A stretch of 64,000 nucleotides of DNA from Mycobacterium sp. (GTDB lineage Bacteria > Actinomycetota > Actinomycetes > Mycobacteriales > Mycobacteriaceae). Where the stretch lies: assembly GCF_025933915.1 (NCBI RefSeq), contig NZ_JAICZA010000003.1:4504-68503 (forward strand), given 5' to 3'. The position numbers and the translations under genes are program-made. Positions 42,836 through 51,621 of the stretch are shown piece after piece (within the stretch, counting starts at the first letter, position 1; the number at the start of each line of letters is the position of its first letter). The notes beneath the pieces are model-generated. The model was given only the letters and a program-made list of their open reading frames with translations, was not told the DNA's origin and made no database searches.

Positions 42836-44992
42836 GTGCACATCCTGGTTACCGACGCCACCGGCGCACTCGGGCGGCTGGTCGCTGGGCAGCTCATCGC
42901 TGCCGGGCACACGGTCAGCGGCATTGCTGCGCTCCCGCACGCCTGCCTGGACGGCAACGTCGAGTTTATTTGCGCATCGCTGCGCGACCCCGTCTTGCGG
43001 GAGCTCACCGACGAGGCCGATGCGGTCATCCACCTGGCCCCCATCGATCCCACCGCGCCCGGTAGCGCGGGCATGGACGGGCTTGCGCGGGTGACCGATG
43101 CCGCGGCCCGCGCCGGTTCCCGTCTGTTGTTCGTGTCGCAGGCCGCCGGCCGGCCCGAGCTGTATCGACCGGCCGAGGATCTGGTGTCCTCGAGTTGGGG
43201 GCCCACCGCGGTCATCCGGATCGCACCGCCGGTCGGTCGCCAACTCGACTGGATGGTCTGCCGTACCGTGGCCACGTTGTTGCGCACCAAGGTCTCGGCG
43301 CAACCCATGCGAGTGCTACACCTCGACGACCTGATGCGCTTTTTGGTCGTGGCGCTGAACACCGACCGCACCGGTGTGGTGGACCTCGCCAGTCCGGACA
43401 CCGTCAACATGGTCACCGCCTGGCGGGTCTTGCGCGCCGCCGACCCCCGTTCCCGGCTGCACCGGGTTCGCAGTTGGTCGCAGCTGATCCCGGAATTCGA
43501 TATTGCCGCAGCACAAGAGGATTGGATGTTCGAGTACGGCTGGCACGCGCTTGACGCGGTCGCCGACACCGCGCGTGGGCTCGTCGGCCGCCGGCTCGAT
43601 GGCCCCGGCGCGATCAACCACGGCGGTCAGCTCGCGCTGCCCGTCGAGGTGCTGCCGCACCTCCGGCGGACGACCGGCGACGTGCACACCGCCGCACCGG
43701 ACGGCATGGAAGGCGAATTCGACGACCAGATCGATCCGCGGTTCCCGGTCTTCAGCGGCACCGCCCTGGCCGACGCGCTGCCCGGACCGCTCACCCCGAT
43801 CACGCTGGACGTCCAATTGAGCGGACTGCGCACTGCGAGCCGGGTGTTGGGACAGGTGCTCGCGCTTGGCGGCGCGGCCGACGCCGAATGGAGCAGCAGG
43901 GCCATCGCGGTGTTCGGCCACCGCCCCTACGTCGGGGTATCGGTCAACATGGTCGCGGCCAGTCAGCTGCCCGGCTGGGACCAGGACGCCGTCAGCCGCG
44001 ATGCGCTTGTCGGCCAGCCTCAGATCGGGGATCCGCTGCCGTTCGGCGAGCCGGCATTGACGGCGGGAGCGCTCGGTTCGGTCGCCAAGGCGGTCGCCGC
44101 GGGACGATCGGTCGCCCTCTTGCGTCACCTGCGGGCGGACACCCGGGCGTATTGCGCGGCGGTCGGCGCGGAGCACGTTGACGCCGGTCAACTGGCGTCG
44201 CTGCCGGAAGCCGCTCTGGAAGTTCGGCTCCGGCTGTTGCGCGACCGCATTCACCAAGGCTGGATCCTCAACGCGCTCTGGTTGATTGACACCGGTGTCG
44301 CGGCCGCGGCGCTGATCCGCAGCCATGCGGCGCGCAGCGTGCCCGGGCTGGGCATGATCACCGAGAGCGGGTTCGTCGCGGCGGAGACCGCAGAGTTGGC
44401 GTCGGTGTTGCGGGCCGACCCACCGTTGTGCGCGCTGGCCGCCGAGGGCAATCTCGCGAGCATTCGTGCGCTGTCCCCGAAGACCGCTGCCGCCGTGGAT
44501 GCCGTCGTCGCGCGGATCGGACACCGCGGCCCGGGCGAGGCCGAGCTGGCCAGCAAGACATTCGCCGACGACCCGACGATGTTGCTGACCGCTGCCGCCG
44601 CGGCCGCGACCCAAGAACCCGCACCGGTCACGCTGGCCGGACGGCTGACCGCCACCGCCCGCGGTACACGGGAACTGGCCCACGACACCACGATGCGGTT
44701 CACGCACGAGATGCGAATGACGTTGCGCGCATTGGGATCTCTGCGGGTCGAGGCGGACCTGATCGACGCCGTCGACGACATGCACTACTTGACCTGCAAT
44801 GAATTGGTCACCATGCCCGGCGATGCGCGGCTGCGGATCAAACGCCGCCGCACCGAACGCGAACGCTTGCAGGCGCAACGACCACCGGACGTCATCGACG
44901 GGGCGTGGGCGCCCATTCCGCACGGCGCTGACGGCTCAGATGCCGAGCCCACCGCCGGCGACGGCTCAGCCGAGCAGCTCAGCCAGGGGTGA
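42836..44992 (+). CDS. NAD-dependent epimerase domain fused to a PEP-utiliser-like region (Rv1868-like)
   Basis: ILVTDATGALG Rossmann-like start; EALPGP-type motif DALPGPLTP; IGHRGPGEAEL. Confidence 0.8.
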   Translation: MHILVTDATGALGRLVAGQLIAAGHTVSGIAALPHACLDGNVEFICASLRDPVLRELTDEADAVIHLAPIDPTAPGSAGMDGLARVTDAAARAGSRLLFVSQAAGRPELYRPAEDLVSSSWGPTAVIRIAPPVGRQLDWMVCRTVATLLRTKVSAQPMRVLHLDDLMRFLVVALNTDRTGVVDLASPDTVNMVTAWRVLRAADPRSRLHRVRSWSQLIPEFDIAAAQEDWMFEYGWHALDAVADTARGLVGRRLDGPGAINHGGQLALPVEVLPHLRRTTGDVHTAAPDGMEGEFDDQIDPRFPVFSGTALADALPGPLTPITLDVQLSGLRTASRVLGQVLALGGAADAEWSSRAIAVFGHRPYVGVSVNMVAASQLPGWDQDAVSRDALVGQPQIGDPLPFGEPALTAGALGSVAKAVAAGRSVALLRHLRADTRAYCAAVGAEHVDAGQLASLPEAALEVRLRLLRDRIHQGWILNALWLIDTGVAAAALIRSHAARSVPGLGMITESGFVAAETAELASVLRADPPLCALAAEGNLASIRALSPKTAAAVDAVVARIGHRGPGEAELASKTFADDPTMLLTAAAAAATQEPAPVTLAGRLTATARGTRELAHDTTMRFTHEMRMTLRALGSLRVEADLIDAVDDMHYLTCNELVTMPGDARLRIKRRRTERERLQAQRPPDVIDGAWAPIPHGADGSDAEPTAGDGSAEQLSQG

Positions 44993-46198
44993 TTGCGGGT
45001 CGGCCAGTTTGTCGGCGTCGACGGGAGCCCTGGACTTGATCAGCGCTTTGACGTCGTCGAGCACGTCCCAGATGTTGACGTTCATTCCGGCCAGCACCCG
45101 GTTGTCGCCGTCGAGCCAGAACGCGACGAATTCGCGGCCGGCGACGTCGCCGCGAAACACCACTCGCTCGAAGCTGGGGGCGTGGCCGACGTATTCCATG
45201 CCGAGGTCGTATTGGTCGGTGAAGAAATAGGGAAGCTCCGTGTATTCGCCTGGCGTGCCCAGCATCCCAGCCACCGCCACGGCTGGCTGCTTGAGCGCGT
45301 TGGCCCAGTGCTCGGTGCGGATCCGGGTACCGAACAGCGGGTGTTCGGCGGCGGCGATGTCGCCGACCGCATAGATATCGGGATCGCTGGTGCGCAACGA
45401 CGCGTCGACCAGGACCCCGCCGTCACCCAGGGACAACCCGGCCTGGTCGGCGAGTTCGATGTTCGGCTTGGCCCCGACGGCCACCAGCACGGCGTCGGCG
45501 CTGATCGTCGCCCCGTCCCGGGTCCGCACGCCGGTCGCCGAGCCATCGGCCCGGGTGATCTCCTCGACCTGCGTCTCGAGCCGCAGATCCACCCCGTGCT
45601 CGCGATGCAGGGTGGCGAACACCTCGCCGACGGTCTCACCCAGCGCGGCCATCAGTGGTTGTTTGGCGGCTTCCACCACGGTGACGTTCACGCCCCGCTG
45701 ACGGGCCCCCGCGGCTACTTCCAGCCCGATCCACCCGCCGCCCACGACCGCCAGCGAAGCTCCCTCGGTCAGAACAGCATTCAACGCCGCGGCGTCTTCA
45801 TAGGTGCGCAGGTAATGCACGCCGCCGGAGTCCGATCCCGGTATCGGTGGCCGCCGCGAAGCCGATCCCGTCGCCAGCAGCAGCTTGTTGTACGAGACGG
45901 TGGTGCCGTCCTGCAGGCCCACGGTGTGGCCTGCGGCATCCAGGGTGGTCACCCGCGTGTTGAGCCGTAAGTCGACGTTGTTGTCCCGATACCAGTCGGA
46001 GTTCTGCACGGTGAAATCGGTCAATGACTTCTTACCGGCCAGATACTCCTTGGACAGCGGGGGCCGCTCGTAGGGCAGATGCTCCTCGTCGGCGAACACA
46101 GTGATGTGTCCATCAAATTTATTGTCGCGCAATGCCTCTACGGCTTTGGCTGCCGCGAGTCCGCCGCCGATGATGACGAAACTGGTCGAGCTGGCCAT
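44966..46198 (-). CDS. Ferredoxin reductase-type FAD/NAD oxidoreductase (Rv1869c-like)
   Basis: IIGGGLAA, YERPPLSK, VGGGWIGLEVA, IYAVGDIA, PYFFTDQY. Confidence 0.94.
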   Translation of the reverse strand: MASSTSFVIIGGGLAAAKAVEALRDNKFDGHITVFADEEHLPYERPPLSKEYLAGKKSLTDFTVQNSDWYRDNNVDLRLNTRVTTLDAAGHTVGLQDGTTVSYNKLLLATGSASRRPPIPGSDSGGVHYLRTYEDAAALNAVLTEGASLAVVGGGWIGLEVAAGARQRGVNVTVVEAAKQPLMAALGETVGEVFATLHREHGVDLRLETQVEEITRADGSATGVRTRDGATISADAVLVAVGAKPNIELADQAGLSLGDGGVLVDASLRTSDPDIYAVGDIAAAEHPLFGTRIRTEHWANALKQPAVAVAGMLGTPGEYTELPYFFTDQYDLGMEYVGHAPSFERVVFRGDVAGREFVAFWLDGDNRVLAGMNVNIWDVLDDVKALIKSRAPVDADKLADPQSPLAELLG

Positions 46199-46241
46199 GG
46201 TGGGTGCTCCGTTCTGTCGAACTTCCAGCCTACTTGAGCGC

Positions 46242-46967
46242 TCAACTCAACAGCTCGCGCAGGTCGAGCGCGTTGCGGACCGCGTGGCCACCCAGGTCGT
46301 TGTTGAAATACATCCACACGGCTTTTCCTTCCGCGTCCCATTGGGCGATCCGATCGGCCCAGCACCGCAAGTCGTCGGCCGAGTAGGAGCCGGCGTAGTT
46401 CGCGTCCGGATCCGGGCCGTGCATCCGGATGTACACCAAGTCCGTCGTCGCCCGGGGGACGCAGTGCAGCCCGAGGCCGCTCATCACCACATACGCGGCG
46501 CGATGGCGCTCCAACAACTCGAACACCGCGGGGTCATTCCACGACGGATGACGGAGTTCGACGGCGACGCGGATCGACCCGGGCATGCGCTCGAGGAACG
46601 AATCCAGGCGCGTGTCATCGCGCTGTTGTTCGGGGTGCAACTGCACCAGCAACACCCCGCGGCGATCACCCAGGAGTTGCCAACAGCGCTCGAATCGTTC
46701 GACCCACGGTTCGGGTGAGGCCAGCCGGCGGTAGTGCGTCAAGCCGCGATGCGCCTTGACCGACATGGTGAAGCCGTCCGGCAGTTGATCGCGCCAGCCC
46801 TCGAACGTCGAATCCTTCGGCCACCGGTAGAAACTGGCGTTCAGTTCGACCGTGTCGAACACCTCGGCGTAGCGGGCAAGCCGGCGCGCCGACGGGGTTC
46901 CCGGCGGATACAGCACGTTGATCCAGTGGTTGTACGACCACCCCGAGGTACCGATTCGTATGGACAC
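46242..46967 (-). CDS. DUF72 family protein
   Basis: IRIGTSGWSY, FDTVELNASFY, AVELRHPSW, YIRMHG, MYFNND, AVRNA. Confidence 0.93.
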   Translation of the reverse strand: MSIRIGTSGWSYNHWINVLYPPGTPSARRLARYAEVFDTVELNASFYRWPKDSTFEGWRDQLPDGFTMSVKAHRGLTHYRRLASPEPWVERFERCWQLLGDRRGVLLVQLHPEQQRDDTRLDSFLERMPGSIRVAVELRHPSWNDPAVFELLERHRAAYVVMSGLGLHCVPRATTDLVYIRMHGPDPDANYAGSYSADDLRCWADRIAQWDAEGKAVWMYFNNDLGGHAVRNALDLRELLS

Positions 46968-46974
46968 TGGGCGC

Positions 46975-47610
46975 TCAGCCGGTCACCTGCTGACGCACAT
47001 CGTCGTCCAGCGACGCCCTGACGAGGGCCGCGGCCGGCCGCGCATTGGCCTGCGGCGCAAGAGTTCCCAACTTCGCCGGGTCGCCGGGCAGACCCAAGCG
47101 CTTGGCGGTGCCGGTGGCCCGGTCATCGAAGTAGGGCCGCACCCACGTCCACACGTCCTGGACCTCGCGGAGGTAGATGTCGGCGCCGGTGTCGCCGATT
47201 CCCTTGAACTGCTTGAGCATCCGTTTGGCCGCTGCCACGTCATGCCCGCTGCGATCGGCCAATTCACGCAGATCACCGGAGTAGTCGTCACGAAGGCGTT
47301 CGGCTATATCGGTGAGCCGGGTGGCCGAACTCTCGTCGTAACGAACGTAGTGCGCGCGCCCGAAGGCGTCGATCATGGTTTGTCGATCCGATGCCAGAAC
47401 GGCTTTGGGAGTCCGCAAGCCCGCCGTGAAGAGTTCGCGCGCCGCGCCCATGGCGATGGCCGCATCGATCGGCTTGCTGGCAAGCATGCACAGCACCAGA
47501 AGCTGGAACAGCGGCATCGGCTTGTCGCTCATCGTGATGCGCGCCTGCGCCGCATACGTCGTGCCGGCAACGTCGAGCAGTCGTCGCACCCGTCGGTCGC
47601 GCTTGTCCAT
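46975..47610 (-). CDS. HhH-containing putative endonuclease (Rv1870c-like)
   Basis: FKGIGDTGADIYLREVQ HhH-like motif, YVRYDES; 211 aa. Confidence 0.85.
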   Translation of the reverse strand: MDKRDRRVRRLLDVAGTTYAAQARITMSDKPMPLFQLLVLCMLASKPIDAAIAMGAARELFTAGLRTPKAVLASDRQTMIDAFGRAHYVRYDESSATRLTDIAERLRDDYSGDLRELADRSGHDVAAAKRMLKQFKGIGDTGADIYLREVQDVWTWVRPYFDDRATGTAKRLGLPGDPAKLGTLAPQANARPAAALVRASLDDDVRQQVTG

Positions 47611-47621
47611 AGCGCACCGCG

Positions 47622-47646
47622 TACCCCCACGATGTGGGGGCAAACC
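47622..47646 (-). promoter_or_regulatory. SigF-type promoter
   Basis: GGTTT-N15-GGGTA ending 11 nt before ATG 47610. Confidence 0.75.
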
Positions 47647-47662
47647 GCAGCCGTTATTCGGG

Positions 47663-47995
47663 CTATTTGGGCGGCAGGCCGCGCGCGTGGTCGACCCCGC
47701 GGGTGACCCAACTGCGCAGCTGGCGTTTGGTTTGCACCCCGGCCGCCTCGACGCGCAACCAGCCCCGGGCTTCCCGCCCGGCCATCACCATGGGGCCGAC
47801 ATGGGCGCGCCCGCTGAGTTTTTCGGTGTCCTCCTGCGGCACCCGCACCAACAGCCCGCCCTGGCCGCTGACGGCCACCGACATGTTGCCGTTGACCAGA
47901 AACGCCAGACCGCCGAACATCCGCTTTTCGTCGATGCCCGGCTGGGATCCCAGGAGTTCGCGGATCCGGTTGGCCAGGTCTTCGTCGTAGGCCAT
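47663..47995 (-). CDS. TfoX N-terminal-domain protein
   Basis: MAYDEDLANRIR, EKRMFGGLAFLVNGNM, GWLRV, WVTRG. Confidence 0.9.
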   Translation of the reverse strand: MAYDEDLANRIRELLGSQPGIDEKRMFGGLAFLVNGNMSVAVSGQGGLLVRVPQEDTEKLSGRAHVGPMVMAGREARGWLRVEAAGVQTKRQLRSWVTRGVDHARGLPPK

Positions 47996-48003
47996 GCGCC
48001 GGG

Positions 48004-48393
48004 TCAGTCCAGATCGACACGCACGGTCAGCAGGTCGCTGCCCATCAGGCGCACCATCGCGCTGTTCAGACGCGGCAGCCCGCCCAGCCGCTGCACCGCG
48101 TCATCGTCGGGCAGGAGGTGGGCGGTGCCGTGCCGCCATTGCCCGCCGACGCGCACCCGCACGGCGGGATTGGCTTTGATATTGCGGACGTAATCCGAGT
48201 GCTCCCCGTGTTCGGAAACCATCCAGAATTGGTTGTCCACGACGCGCCCGCCCACCGCGGTGCGCCGAGGCAGCCCGCTTTTGCGTCCCGTGGTTTCGAG
48301 CATGGTCATCGGCAGCTGCCGACCCACCGGATTGACCAGGAGCCGTTGAACCCGATGGACGACTTGCCGTTTCAGAGCCTGGATGTCGGTCAT
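48004..48393 (-). CDS. F420H2-dependent nitroreductase (Ddn/FDOR) family protein (Rv1871c-like)
   Basis: LETTGRKSGLPRRT, SDYVRNIKANPAVRV. Confidence 0.9.
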   Translation of the reverse strand: MTDIQALKRQVVHRVQRLLVNPVGRQLPMTMLETTGRKSGLPRRTAVGGRVVDNQFWMVSEHGEHSDYVRNIKANPAVRVRVGGQWRHGTAHLLPDDDAVQRLGGLPRLNSAMVRLMGSDLLTVRVDLD

Positions 48394-48460
48394 ATCGTGG
48401 AATTCTGCCTCACCCGAGAGACAGCCGCCGCAGGCGAGCGGCGGCTGTCTCGTCGAGCCG

Positions 48461-48898
48461 TTACGTCGCGTATGCGACGAATTGACCGCCGGGCAGGAAA
48501 ACGCCCCACTGGTTTACGGCCGGGTTAAATACGACTGGATAGTCGCCTGGTTGACCCGGCGGCATCCAATGCGCCGGCAGCCCGTAGCCGATCGGGTCGT
48601 TGTACTGGCCCGGTGGCGGGAATCCGTTCTGCCCGGGCGGCAGCGGGGTGCCGGGACCATTGCAGTTGACGCCGGGTCCGGCGTTACAAATGGGCATCCC
48701 CTGCCCCGGCAGCGGCCCCGGTCCCGGCACATTCTGGCCAGGTATCGGCCCCGGTCCCGGCACATTCGGGCCTGGCACCGGTCCCGGCACATTCGGGCCA
48801 TTCGGATCGGCTTGCGCCAAGCCGGCACCAATTCCCAGCGCACCGGACGTCAGAGCACCTGCAACGACGGCGCCAGCGGCAATTCTGTTCAACCTCAT
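48461..48898 (-). CDS. Secreted Gly/Pro-rich repeat protein of unknown function
   Basis: SD AAGGAG; signal peptide ending AQA-D; (G/Q)NVPGPG repeats; a C-x7-C pair; C-terminal VVFNPAVNQWGVF; 145 aa. Confidence 0.75.
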   Translation of the reverse strand: MRLNRIAAGAVVAGALTSGALGIGAGLAQADPNGPNVPGPVPGPNVPGPGPIPGQNVPGPGPLPGQGMPICNAGPGVNCNGPGTPLPPGQNGFPPPGQYNDPIGYGLPAHWMPPGQPGDYPVVFNPAVNQWGVFLPGGQFVAYAT

Positions 48899-49033
48899 GA
48901 TGAACTCCTTATCGATTCGCTCGGCTGCCCTCCGGCGGCCGCGCGGCGGTGATTTGTTGTTCGTCACCCGCGCCTTTTTGACGTCGGATAGAGGTCATCC
49001 CCCCTCGGCCGGTCTTCCCTCTGCGCTAACGCG

Positions 49034-49059
49034 TACCCGTCCCCGGGGGCGGCCAAAAC
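49034..49059 (-). promoter_or_regulatory. SigF-type promoter
   Basis: GTTT-N17-GGGTA about 135 nt upstream of the Gly/Pro-rich gene. Confidence 0.6.
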
Positions 49060-49140
49060 TTCTCGCCGTCCCCAGGGCATCGCGTCAGGCGTGACTCGAC
49101 AGGGGTTTCAATAGTGCGCGCTGTCAGCCGCCCCGCGGCG

Positions 49141-51486
49141 TCAGGCGGCCACCGTGGCGGCCTCGACCGCAGGCACCAGAGCCTGGGTCACGATGTCGGC
49201 GACGTCGGTCATCGGCCGCACGTCCAGCGCCTCGAGCACCTCGGCGGGCACGTCATCGAGATCCGGCTCGTTGCGTGACGGAATGAAAACCGTTGACAGC
49301 CCGGCACGTTGGGCTGCGAGCAGCTTCTGCTTCACACCGCCAATGGGCAACACCCGACCGTTCAGCGTGACCTCGCCGGTCATGCCGACGTCGGAGCGGA
49401 CCTGTCGTCCGGTGGCCATGGATACCAGGGCGGTCACCATGGTGACACCGGCAGACGGGCCGTCCTTGGGCACCGCGCCGGCGGGCACGTGCACGTGGAT
49501 GCGACGATCCAGCGCCTCGGGGTCCACGCCGAGTTCGGAAGCGTGTGACCGCACGTAGGACAGCGCGATCTGCGCCGACTCCTTCATCACGTCGCCCAGT
49601 TGCCCGGTCAGCTGTAAGGACCCATCGCCTGGCTTATCAGTTCCAGCCGCGCCGGCCTCGATGTACAGGACGTCACCGCCCAGGCCCGTCACGGCCAGGC
49701 CGGTCGCCACACCCGGCACCGCCGTGCGTTCGGCCGACTCCGGCATGAACCGCGGACGGCCCAGGTAATCAACCAGATCCGGCTCGTCGATCCGCAGCGG
49801 TCCGGGATCCCCATTCGTTTCCGAGGCCAGCTTGGTGGCCGCCTTGCGCAGCGCCTTGGCCAGCAGCCGTTCGAACTGTCGCACGCCGGGCTCGCGCGTG
49901 TAGTCGGCGGCGACCTTGCGCAACGCCGCGTCGGTGACGGTGACCTCGCCGTCGGTCAGCGCCGCCCGCTCCCGCTGCCGGGGCAGCAGGTAGTCCCGCG
50001 CGATGGCGACCTTGTCGTCCTCGGTGTAGCCGTCGATAGCCACCAGCTCCATGCGGTCCAGCAGGGCCGACGGGATGTTTTCGATCACGTTGGCGGTGGC
50101 CAAAAACACCACATCGGACAAGTCCAGGTCCAGATCCAGGTAGTGGTCGCGGAAGGTGTGGTTCTGCGCCGGGTCGAGCACCTCGAGCAGCGCCGCGCTC
50201 GGGTCGCCGCGGTAGTCGGAACCGACCTTGTCGATTTCATCCAGCAGCACAACGGGATTCATCGATCCCGCCTCGCCGATCGCGCGCACGATCCGGCCCG
50301 GCAACGCGCCCACATAGGTGCGACGGTGCCCGCGGACCTCTGCCTCGTCGCGCACACCGCCCAGGGCGACGCGCACGAACTTTCGGCCCAACGCGCGTGC
50401 CACACTTTCCCCCAGCGACGTCTTGCCGACGCCGGGGGGACCGGCCAGCACCATCACCGCGCCGGAGCCGCGGCCGCCGACCACCTGCAGGCCGCGCCGG
50501 GCGCGACGGGCCCGCACGGCCAGGTATTCGACGATGCGGTCCTTGACGTCGTCGAGCCCGTGGTGATCGGCGTCCAGGATCTCCCGCGCCGCCTTCAGGT
50601 CGGTGGAGTCCTCGGTCTTGACGTTCCAGGGCAGGTCGAGCACGGTGTCCAGCCAGGTGCGGATCCAGCCGCTTTCCGGGCTCTGGTCGCTGGAGCGTTC
50701 CAGCTTGCCGACCTCGCGCAGCGCCGCCTCGCGCACCGTCTCGGGCAGTTCGGCCGACTCGACGCGGGCCCGGTAATCATCAGAACCGTCGGGTTCGCCC
50801 TCGCCCAATTCCTTGCGGATGGCGGCCAGCTGTTGGCGCAGCAGGAATTCCTTCTGCGTCTTCTCCATGCCCTCGCGCACGTCTTCGGCGATCTTGTCGC
50901 TGACCTCGACTTCGGCGAGGTGGTCGCTGGTCCACTCGATCAGTGCGCGCAGCCGCTCGGTGACATCGACGGTCTCCAGCAGTTGCCACTTCTGCGCATT
51001 GGTCAGGTAGGACGCGTATCCGGAGGTGTCCGCCAGCGCCGACGGATCGGTCAGCCTGTTGACGTAATCGATGATCTCCCAGGCTTCGCGCCGCTGCAGC
51101 ATGGCCAGCAGCAGCTTCTTGTACTCCGCTGTCAGCGCTTTGATCTCGTCGGTCGCCTCGATCTCGGGGACCTCGGTCACCTCGACCCACAGCGCCGCTC
51201 CGGGACCGGATGCCCCCGCCCCGATCTGGGCCCTGCGCTCACCGCGCACCACCGCGGCGGTGCCACCACCGGCGATGCGTCCTACCTGCAGCACCTTCGC
51301 GATCACGCCGTGTGATGGGTAGCGGTCCTCGATGCGGGGGGCGATCAGCAGCTGTCCCGATTCACTGGCCTGAGCGGCATCGATCGCCGCGCGGGCGGCG
51401 TCGTCCAATGCGATCGGCACCACCATTCCGGGCAGCACGATGGTGTCAGTGACAAACAGCACCGGCACCGACTTGGCGTCAGCCAT
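49141..51486 (-). CDS. lon: ATP-dependent Lon protease
   Basis: GPPGVGKTS, RRTYVG, PKDGPSAG catalytic Ser, GGVKQKLLAA; 781 aa. Confidence 0.98.
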   Translation of the reverse strand: MADAKSVPVLFVTDTIVLPGMVVPIALDDAARAAIDAAQASESGQLLIAPRIEDRYPSHGVIAKVLQVGRIAGGGTAAVVRGERRAQIGAGASGPGAALWVEVTEVPEIEATDEIKALTAEYKKLLLAMLQRREAWEIIDYVNRLTDPSALADTSGYASYLTNAQKWQLLETVDVTERLRALIEWTSDHLAEVEVSDKIAEDVREGMEKTQKEFLLRQQLAAIRKELGEGEPDGSDDYRARVESAELPETVREAALREVGKLERSSDQSPESGWIRTWLDTVLDLPWNVKTEDSTDLKAAREILDADHHGLDDVKDRIVEYLAVRARRARRGLQVVGGRGSGAVMVLAGPPGVGKTSLGESVARALGRKFVRVALGGVRDEAEVRGHRRTYVGALPGRIVRAIGEAGSMNPVVLLDEIDKVGSDYRGDPSAALLEVLDPAQNHTFRDHYLDLDLDLSDVVFLATANVIENIPSALLDRMELVAIDGYTEDDKVAIARDYLLPRQRERAALTDGEVTVTDAALRKVAADYTREPGVRQFERLLAKALRKAATKLASETNGDPGPLRIDEPDLVDYLGRPRFMPESAERTAVPGVATGLAVTGLGGDVLYIEAGAAGTDKPGDGSLQLTGQLGDVMKESAQIALSYVRSHASELGVDPEALDRRIHVHVPAGAVPKDGPSAGVTMVTALVSMATGRQVRSDVGMTGEVTLNGRVLPIGGVKQKLLAAQRAGLSTVFIPSRNEPDLDDVPAEVLEALDVRPMTDVADIVTQALVPAVEAATVAA

Positions 51487-51500
51487 CAATTCCTCCAAAA

Positions 51501-51545
51501 GTTGAGTCTGATGCGCTTAACCCAGCGGGACGCCGGTTTGTTCCC
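51501..51545 (-). promoter_or_regulatory. SigH/SigE-type promoter overlapped by a HAIR-like (HspR) site
   Basis: GGAAC-N18-GTT on the minus strand; GTTAAGC-N7-ACTCAAC (51521-51501) against HAIR CTTGAGT-N7-ACTCAAG. Confidence 0.7.
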
Positions 51546-51561
51546 GGGGGCCCGGCCGTGA

Positions 51562-51621
51562 CGAGTGTGCGGCCAGCCTCACACCGGGCAGCGAGTGTGC
51601 GGCCAGCTTCACACCGGCAGC
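51562..51621. repeat. Two-copy 30-bp REP-like repeat
   Basis: cgagtgtgcggccagc(c/t)tcacaccgg(g)cag at 51562 and 51592. Confidence 0.85.
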
